DNA of 64,000 nucleotides from Candidatus Binatia bacterium (GTDB lineage Bacteria; Desulfobacterota; Binatia; HRBIN30): NCBI GenBank assembly GCA_038245295.1, contig JBBRSP010000021.1, positions 1 to 64,000 of the forward strand, read 5' to 3'. Shown piece by piece: positions 57,243 to 64,000 of this stretch (position 1 is its first letter; each line of letters starts with the position of its first letter). The notes under the pieces were generated by a model. It saw only the letters and a program-made list of their open reading frames with translations, ran no database searches and was not told where the DNA came from. The position numbers and the translations under genes were made by a program.

Positions 57243-59993
57243 GTGGTTGCTTGCTTGCTGCTGGCAGCATGTTTGCTGGCATCGAGCGTCGCCCACGCGA
57301 CGCCGAGCCTCGTGGCGATCCCCCCGTCCGGGACGGTGGCGGTGGGCGATGTCTTCGAAGTTCCCATCCAGGTGCAGACCAACACCGCCGTCGACGGGGC
57401 AGCCGCCTACCTCGACTTCGATCCGGCCGTCCTCGAAGTGGTAAGCATCAGTGTCGGCACCGCCTTCCCGACCAACATCCAGAACCGCTTCGACAATGCC
57501 GTCGGAACGATCGACTTTGCCGCCGGCCAGTTCTCGGCCCTGCCGACCAGCACGTTCACGTTGGCGGCGCTGCAAATCAGGGCGAAAGCCGTCAGCGCCA
57601 CGACAACAGTGAGCTTCCACACGATCTCCCCTCGGGTCAGCGACCTTGTCTTCCACGGTAGCTCGGTCAACCCGTCGCTCAGCTCGGTCTCGTTTGCGGT
57701 GCAGGCCATCGGTGCGCCGGCGAGCATCATGGTTCTCCCGGCCACGCCGGATGTGCGCATCAACACGACGTTCGATGTGTCGATCCAGGTCGACACCGGC
57801 AGCCGCCAGGCCGACGGGGTAGCGGTTTATCTCAATTTCAACCCGGCGTTCGTCCAGGTGGTATCAATCACCGCAGGCACGCGGCTCCCCGTGGCCCTGC
57901 AGAGTCAGTTCGACAATGCGGCCGGGACGGTCGACTTCGCCGCCGGCAGTTTCGGTCCTTATCCGAGTGGGACGTTTGTCGTGGCGACCGTTCGCCTGCG
58001 TGCGGTTGGAGTAACCGCGTCGACGCCGTTGCAAATCGCCGGCAGCGTGCCGCGGCAGAGCGATGTGACCTATGGTGGCCGCTCCTTCGGCGTGACGCCG
58101 TCGCCGGCGAACGTCACCGTGCGCGCCGCCGATGCTGCCGTCAGCCTGACACTGACCCCGCCCATGCAGACGATCAGCGGCGGCGACAGTTTCGATATCG
58201 ATGTTCAGCTCGCCAGCGGCAGCCAGGAGGTCGACGGTGCGGCGGCGTATCTCAACTTCGATCCCGCGGTCATTCAGGTCGATCACATCACCCCAGGGCC
58301 ACGCTTCGGCACAATCCTGGTGAACAGCTTCGACAATACGTTGGGAAGGATCGACTTCGCCGCCGGCGATCTCGTCACCTCGCCCAGCGGCACATTCAGC
58401 CTGGCGACGGTGCGTTTCCGTAGCATCGGCGCCTCGCCGTCGTCGGCGATTACGTTCAGCTCGACACAGGCGCGTAAGAGCGACGTTGCTTATGGCGGCG
58501 TGTCGGTATTGGCGCAGAGCACCGACGCAGCAGTGACCGTCACGGCGGCATCCGCGGCTGCCATCTTGAGCCTGCTCGCCAGCCCGAATGTCGTACGCGC
58601 CGGTGATGCGTTCGACCTGATCGTCCGCGCCGCATCCGGCACGCAACGCCTCGATGGCGCTGCGGCGTATCTCGATTTCGATCCGTCCGTACTCCAGGTC
58701 CTGAGTCTCAGTGCCGGCACGGCTCTGACGACGACGATACAGAGCCAATTCGACAACTTGACCGGGCACGTCGACTTCGCCGCCGGCGAGCTCAGCAGCT
58801 TTCCGACCGGAGCCTTCGATGTCGTGACCGTACACACCCGGGCCCTGCGCTCGGTTGCCTCGACGACGATCGCGGTCAGCAACGTGCTGCCGCGCGTCAG
58901 CGATCTGACCTATGCCGGCATCTCGGTGCTGGCAACCCGCGACGGACTCGCTCTACCGATCGGCAGCAGTGGAGTCGTGTTGGCCATCGCGCCGAGCCCC
59001 GCCAGTGTCTTCGTCGGCCAAACGGTCGACGTGGCTCTACAAGTGCAGGCGGGAACACGCGCCGTCGACGGCGCCGCTGCCTTCCTCGACTTTGATCCCT
59101 TCGTCTTCGAGGCGCAGTTGATCACGCCGGGAAGCACATTGCCGGCGGTGCTGCTGTCGCAGATCGACAACGTGAACGGCCACGTCGATGTGGCGGCGGG
59201 AACTCTGGGGACCTTGCCGAGCGGCACCTTCACGGTGGCGACGGTGCGTCTGCGAGCCCGCAGCGCCAGTGCCAACACGGCGCTGAGCTTGAGCACCGTC
59301 GACCCGCGGCTGAGCGATGTAACGACGGGCGGCCTGTCGGTGCTGGGGCAGGCGCTAGGCGCCATCGTCAACGTGCGCGGCGGTAATGTCGCGTTGGTGA
59401 TCTCGCCCGCCTCGGTGTCGACCAACCAGGGCACGCTGTTCGATGTGACCGTGCAGGTCCAAGCGGGCGCCGCCTTCGTCGACGGCGCCGCGGCGTTCGT
59501 CGATTTCGATCCGACGAAGCTGCAGGCGGTCAACATCACCGGCGGCGGCGAGTTGCCCGACGGCCTGACGATCCGCGCCGACAACAGCGTCGGTGAGCTC
59601 GACTTCGCCGCCGGCAACCTCGGCGGCTACCCGACCGGCACCTTTACCCTGGCGACGATCAAGTTCCGCGCCCTGGCGCAGGGGACGACGCCATTGGTGT
59701 TCGGCAGCCGGCAGCCGCGCAACACCGACGCGACCTACGGTGGGGCGTCGGTGATCGGCAGTGCGACGGGGGCGCAGGTGAGTGTCGGTGCAGCGCTGCC
59801 GAATCCGTGTACGTGTGTCGGCGACGCCGATCGCAACAGCTTCGTGAACTTCTCCGATTACGCCTCTGTGCGTTCCAACTTCGGCCACCCGGCGGACGTA
59901 TCGACGTTGATCGGCGATGCTGACTGCAACGGCTTCATCAACTTTACCGACTACACGGCTGTGCGCGGCCAGTTTGGACACCCATGTCCGTGA
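57186..59993 (+). CDS. Scaffoldin-like protein: six tandem cohesin-like domains and a C-terminal dockerin-like domain
   Basis: Six repeats of about 140 aa, 'DG(A/V)A(A/V)(Y/F)(L/V)(D/N)F(D/N)P...D(F/V)AAG'; 'GDADRNSFVNFSDY' and 'GDADCNGFINFTDY'; signal ending AHA. Confidence 0.85.
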   Translation: MRKESSPVPSPPGNTREGGVVACLLLAACLLASSVAHATPSLVAIPPSGTVAVGDVFEVPIQVQTNTAVDGAAAYLDFDPAVLEVVSISVGTAFPTNIQNRFDNAVGTIDFAAGQFSALPTSTFTLAALQIRAKAVSATTTVSFHTISPRVSDLVFHGSSVNPSLSSVSFAVQAIGAPASIMVLPATPDVRINTTFDVSIQVDTGSRQADGVAVYLNFNPAFVQVVSITAGTRLPVALQSQFDNAAGTVDFAAGSFGPYPSGTFVVATVRLRAVGVTASTPLQIAGSVPRQSDVTYGGRSFGVTPSPANVTVRAADAAVSLTLTPPMQTISGGDSFDIDVQLASGSQEVDGAAAYLNFDPAVIQVDHITPGPRFGTILVNSFDNTLGRIDFAAGDLVTSPSGTFSLATVRFRSIGASPSSAITFSSTQARKSDVAYGGVSVLAQSTDAAVTVTAASAAAILSLLASPNVVRAGDAFDLIVRAASGTQRLDGAAAYLDFDPSVLQVLSLSAGTALTTTIQSQFDNLTGHVDFAAGELSSFPTGAFDVVTVHTRALRSVASTTIAVSNVLPRVSDLTYAGISVLATRDGLALPIGSSGVVLAIAPSPASVFVGQTVDVALQVQAGTRAVDGAAAFLDFDPFVFEAQLITPGSTLPAVLLSQIDNVNGHVDVAAGTLGTLPSGTFTVATVRLRARSASANTALSLSTVDPRLSDVTTGGLSVLGQALGAIVNVRGGNVALVISPASVSTNQGTLFDVTVQVQAGAAFVDGAAAFVDFDPTKLQAVNITGGGELPDGLTIRADNSVGELDFAAGNLGGYPTGTFTLATIKFRALAQGTTPLVFGSRQPRNTDATYGGASVIGSATGAQVSVGAALPNPCTCVGDADRNSFVNFSDYASVRSNFGHPADVSTLIGDADCNGFINFTDYTAVRGQFGHPCP

Positions 59994-60007
59994 GTGAAAC
60001 ATTACGA

Positions 60008-60736
60008 ATGAAGTACTCAAGGCGCGCCGGACAGACCGTGTTGTCGCTGGTCATCCTCCTGACGCTGGCGCATCAGGCCGTGGCGCAGCAGGTACACGTC
60101 AGCCTCGATCCGGCGCAGCAGAGCGCGGCGCGTGGCAGCACGACGACGGTTGCGGTGCGCGTCGATGTCAGCGGTGCGGCGAGTGGCGGCGGCGCGGTGT
60201 TCCTGCAATTTCCCGAAGCGCGGCTGCGCTTCGTCGATGGCCACAACAACACGACGGTGTGGAACGGGTCGCTGTTGAACGTCGAGCCACGCACCGCCGA
60301 GCCGGGCATTGTGACGTTGTCTGTGGGCGCGAACGCGCCGGGAGTCAGCGGCGCCGGTGTCCTCGTAGCCACGTTGCACTTTCTTGCCTTGTCGGAAGGC
60401 GAGGCGGCGCTGACGCTGCTGCAATCCGCCGGCACGCGCGAGACCCTGTTTGCCGGCATGGATCTGGTGCCGCTGCCGACCAGCGTGACCGGTGGCCAGG
60501 TGCTGGTGACGGCAGCGACGACGCCTGTGCCGACACCGGTGTGTGCCGGAGACTGTTCGCATGACTCCGAGGTTACGGTCGATGAGTTGATCATCGGCGT
60601 GCGCATCGCCCTCGAAGAGGTGCCGGTTGGTGTTTGCAGCTCCTTCGATATTGATGGCAGCGGTCAGGTTACGGTCGATGAGCTGATCGTGGCGATTGGG
60701 CGTGCCTTGAGTGGCTGCCCGGTGGGTGGCGGCTGA
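60008..60736 (+). CDS. Secreted cohesin-like + dockerin/EF-hand-like protein
   Basis: Signal ending AVA; 'GAVFLQFP..RLRFV'; 'CAGDCSHDSEVTVDEL...DIDGSGQVTVDEL...GC'; alternative start at 59984. Confidence 0.8.
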   Translation: MKYSRRAGQTVLSLVILLTLAHQAVAQQVHVSLDPAQQSAARGSTTTVAVRVDVSGAASGGGAVFLQFPEARLRFVDGHNNTTVWNGSLLNVEPRTAEPGIVTLSVGANAPGVSGAGVLVATLHFLALSEGEAALTLLQSAGTRETLFAGMDLVPLPTSVTGGQVLVTAATTPVPTPVCAGDCSHDSEVTVDELIIGVRIALEEVPVGVCSSFDIDGSGQVTVDELIVAIGRALSGCPVGGG

Positions 60737-60776
60737 GACGAATGGGACGGACGGGACAGATGGGGCGGGGGATTGA

Positions 60777-63700
60777 GTGAGATTCTCTGGGGCCTTGAGG
60801 ACTCTGGGGCTGCTGCTGGCGCTCGGCGCGCCGGTGGCGTCGGCGGCGCCCGTCAACGTGTTTGTGCAGCCGGCTGCCTCAACGGGTGCTGTGGGCAGCA
60901 ACTCTTCGATCGAGGTTCATCTCAACGCCAATGGCTCTAGCGCCGGTGTCGGTGCGATCTTTCTGCAGTTTGACGGATCGCGGCTGAGCTTCGTCAGCGG
61001 CAGCGTCGATACATCCGTCTGGAACAACGGCCTGTATAACAGCACGCCGACGGAAGCGGAGCCGGGCATCGTATCGTTCTCGGTTGGTTCGACCGGCTCG
61101 GTGACGTCGAGTGACGCTCGCGTTGCGACGCTCACCTTTGCGGTGAACTCGTCGGGGTTGGCAGCTCTGACACTGCTGCAGATCACCGGGTCGGAAGAGA
61201 CTGTTTTCTACGATGCCAACTTCAATACGCTGCCGACGTCGGTGAGCAACGGGATCATCACGGTCAACACGGCCCTGCCGACCAGCGGGCCTACAAACAC
61301 GCCGACACGGACCCCGACCGATACGCCGACGAGCACTCCAACGACCACCGAGGCGCCGACGGTTACTCAGACGTCTACGGACACGCCAACCGTCGGGCCG
61401 ACGCTGACTCGGACCGATACGCCCACCAAGACCCCGACGGTGACCGATACGCCGACGATCACCGCAACGCAAAGCAAGACGCCGACCATCACCGATACGC
61501 CAACCCGAACACCAACGGTTACCGATACGCCGACAGCTGCGCCCACCCGCACCGGCACACCGACGAGCACGTCGACCGAGACGGTGACATCCACCTCGAC
61601 GCGAACGGCTACTCCGACTCCGACGCAAACGCCGACGAATACGCCGAGCATCACCGATACGCCGACTCGAACGCCAACGGTTACCGACACGCCGACAGCT
61701 ACGCCCACCCGCACCGGCACACCGACGAGCACGCCGACCGAGACGGTGACATCCACGCCGACGCGAACGGCTACTCAGACCCCGACGCAAACGCCGACGA
61801 ATACGCCGAGCATCACCAAGACGCCGACCAACACGCCAACAACGACAGCAACGGCTAGTCGGACGGATACACCGACCAAGACGCCAACGGTTACCGACAC
61901 CCCGACTTCGACGCGCACCCGCACGGACACCCCGACCCCTTGCGGTAACGGGATCCTGGACCCCGGGGAACAGTGCGACGACGGCAACACGAGCAACGCA
62001 GACGGCTGCAGCGGCAACTGCCAGATCGAGAGCGGTTACACGTGCATGGGGCAGCCTTCTCTCTGCGCCGCTATCTGCGGCAGCTCGCCAAGCAACCCGG
62101 CCAACGGGACCTACGCCGGATGCGGCGGCACGGTCTCGGGCGGTATATGCGTCCTGATGTGTAGCTCGGGATACACGAAGAGCGGCGATTCGCAGTGCAC
62201 CAACGGTACGTGGTCGGTGCCGTCCTGCAACCTGGCGAGTTGTCCGACAAGTTCGGGCGGCCCGCCGAACTGTACCTGCAACACGGGCTACACCGGCGCG
62301 CTGACGTGGAGCGGCAGCAGCTGGAGCGGTGCGTGTCTAGGCGGCAACGGGCAACTCTGCGCTGGCGGGGCGGATTGTGCCAGCGGCGTGTGCACCGGTG
62401 GGGCGTGCGTCGGCGACGTATTGATCGATACGTTCAGCAGCGGTCACGACTATTCCGGTGGGAGTGTCGCCGGCACGATTTGGAGCGGTGTGCTCAATGC
62501 GGGGAATACGAGCGTGTTCGACGCCAACATGTCGAACGGCGGCCAGCTAACCGTCTACTCCTCGAACACATCCTGGGGGACAGTCGACGATAGTGGACCC
62601 TTGCTGTACATCGATCTGCCAGCGTACGATTTCGTGGCTGAGACCAAGATCACCGCTGCCAACCCGATTGCCTGGAATGACATGGGCATCATGGCCCGCG
62701 TTGCCGACCTCAGCGATGCGGGCCCCGGGGAGGATTACGAGGCGACAGGCTACCTCCCGGTAGTACCCTGGGCTCACCTGCGCAACACCGACAACGGCAA
62801 CGACGTCGCGGCAGCCGAGACGGGGATTCAACCGTACCTGCGTCTTGCGCGAACCGGCAACGTGTTTTCCATGACCGTGAGCAGTGATGGTGTTACCTGG
62901 GGGAATCTGCTGAGCGTAACACGTCCCGACATGGCCGGTCTCCCGCTGCAGGTCGGGCTCTGGCAAGCCGTGTTTACGGCCAGTATTGGGCAGGCGCAAT
63001 TCGACTACTTCAAGATCACCTACTACCCGCCGGCCCCCTGCGTGACGTCGCCAAGTAATCCGGCCAACGGGACTTACTCATCATGTGCGAACACCTCGTC
63101 GGGGAATGCCTGCGCGCTCACCTGCAGCTCGGGCTACACCAAGAGTGGCGACTCGCTGTGCACCAACGGCATATGGTCGACGCAGACCTGCAGCCCGCCG
63201 ACGCCGACAATCACCAGCACGCCATCGAGCACGACAACCGATAGCCCAACCCGCACGCCGACGTGCACCGCGACCGTGACGCGAACCGTCACGGCAACTC
63301 GGACGGTGACCGCCACTCGAACGCCATCGATCACTCCGACCGTAACGGGGACATCCACCCTGACCCCGATCTTCAGCTGGACGCCGACTGTGACGCCGAC
63401 AGTGACGTCCACAGGGACGCGGACGGCCTCACCAAGCGTGACTGGAACGGCAACGGCCACGCCGACAGGGTCAACTCCCACTCCGACGGTGACACGTACC
63501 AGGACCTCGACCGGGACCCCAACGCTCAGCCCGACCCCAGTGCCGACGCTTGTGGGTAACCTGGTCGGACAGATCCGTTACCAGGGAAGCGGTGTCTTCG
63601 TCCCGGACGTGACCATGACACTAAACGGGCCGTGCTCGTCTATTGCCATCACCGGAGCCGATGGTCAGTTCTCATTCTCGGCACTCTCGAGCAGCACCTG

Positions 63701-64000
63701 GCAGCTCGAGCCGTTGAGCACGGCGGGGGAGAACTTCGCCATCTCTGCCATCGATGCCAGCAGCATTCTTCGAATCGTTGTGGCTCTGGATCCAGGTTCC
63801 GCGGAACAGCTATTGGCCGGTGACGTGAACGGGAGCGGGACGCTATCTTCCCTCGATGCGGCGCTCCTGTTGCAATACAGGGTTGGCCTCCTCCCCAGCC
63901 TCCCCGCAGCCGACCTCTGCGGATCCCAATGGGCTTTTGTGCCGAAGGTCCTGCAGACGCCGGTGCGCCGGCCGGTGCAGCCACTAGTGAGCAGTACGGA
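60777..64000 (+). CDS. Large secreted mosaic protein, truncated by the window end and absent from the ORF track: cohesin-like, Pro/Thr linkers, Cys-rich repeat, two Sushi-like modules, beta-sandwich, dockerin-like
   Basis: GTG start with signal '[22 protein letters not shown]'; spot checks keep the same frame to 64000; '[12 protein letters not shown]', '[16 protein letters not shown]', '[17 protein letters not shown]' twice, '[20 protein letters not shown]'. Confidence 0.88.
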   Translation, partial: MRFSGALRTLGLLLALGAPVASAAPVNVFVQPAASTGAVGSNSSIEVHLNANGSSAGVGAIFLQFDGSRLSFVSGSVDTSVWNNGLYNSTPTEAEPGIVSFSVGSTGSVTSSDARVATLTFAVNSSGLAALTLLQITGSEETVFYDANFNTLPTSVSNGIITVNTALPTSGPTNTPTRTPTDTPTSTPTTTEAPTVTQTSTDTPTVGPTLTRTDTPTKTPTVTDTPTITATQSKTPTITDTPTRTPTVTDTPTAAPTRTGTPTSTSTETVTSTSTRTATPTPTQTPTNTPSITDTPTRTPTVTDTPTATPTRTGTPTSTPTETVTSTPTRTATQTPTQTPTNTPSITKTPTNTPTTTATASRTDTPTKTPTVTDTPTSTRTRTDTPTPCGNGILDPGEQCDDGNTSNADGCSGNCQIESGYTCMGQPSLCAAICGSSPSNPANGTYAGCGGTVSGGICVLMCSSGYTKSGDSQCTNGTWSVPSCNLASCPTSSGGPPNCTCNTGYTGALTWSGSSWSGACLGGNGQLCAGGADCASGVCTGGACVGDVLIDTFSSGHDYSGGSVAGTIWSGVLNAGNTSVFDANMSNGGQLTVYSSNTSWGTVDDSGPLLYIDLPAYDFVAETKITAANPIAWNDMGIMARVADLSDAGPGEDYEATGYLPVVPWAHLRNTDNGNDVAAAETGIQPYLRLARTGNVFSMTVSSDGVTWGNLLSVTRPDMAGLPLQVGLWQAVFTASIGQAQFDYFKITYYPPAPCVTSPSNPANGTYSSCANTSSGNACALTCSSGYTKSGDSLCTNGIWSTQTCSPPTPTITSTPSSTTTDSPTRTPTCTATVTRTVTATRTVTATRTPSITPTVTGTSTLTPIFSWTPTVTPTVTSTGTRTASPSVTGTATATPTGSTPTPTVTRTRTSTGTPTLSPTPVPTLVGNLVGQIRYQGSGVFVPDVTMTLNGPCSSIAITGADGQFSFSALSSSTWQLEPLSTAGENFAISAIDASSILRIVVALDPGSAEQLLAGDVNGSGTLSSLDAALLLQYRVGLLPSLPAADLCGSQWAFVPKVLQTPVRRPVQPLVSST
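61488..61817 (+). repeat. 162-bp in-frame tandem duplication in the Pro/Thr linker
   Basis: Units begin ATCACC at 61488 and 61650, with a partial third at 61812. Confidence 0.85.

Noticed and set aside
60879..63984. Short ORFs listed in the track for this region
   Set aside because: They are shadows of the long plus-strand frame starting at 60777
55340..64000. True cellulosome
   Set aside because: No glycoside hydrolase catalytic domain or CBM3 was recognised in the window

Overview
This GC-rich bacterial window probably comes from Candidatus Binatia or a related delta-proteobacterium, inferred from the 'GDC..D..VTVDEL...AL.GC' C-terminal modules and Cys-rich surface proteins. It has three parts. 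(1) 1-10.5 kb is backbone: a carrier-domain/thioesterase fusion, a PAS-GGDEF cyclase with a decayed second copy, a membrane protein, a large surface beta-helix/lectin protein and an MFS transporter. (2) About 10.5-39 kb is an island at tRNA-Arg(TCG) with a tyrosine integrase and dense defence-type cargo. The cargo is AlbA-HATPase, a SIR2/receiver-like fusion, a TPR protein, a DISARM/Druantia-related cluster (DUF1998 helicase-nuclease, wHTH-TIR, SNF2 helicase, adenine MTase, PLD), a convergent PLD pair and a frameshifted DUF488-like gene, closed by a serine recombinase/excisionase module. (3) 39.3 kb to beyond 64 kb is a co-directional cluster of exported proteins and the best candidate for an undescribed system. 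It holds a PPIase, a GWNL/P-domain protein, a signal-peptide-bearing mini-TcA-like protein, a fused TcB-TcC (SpvB/RHS) protein with an NlpC/P60 tip and no immunity gene, a fibre-like adhesin, and a cohesin-dockerin set including a six-cohesin scaffoldin and a membrane-anchored cohesin protein. All domain calls are by-eye motif recognition; no searches were run.
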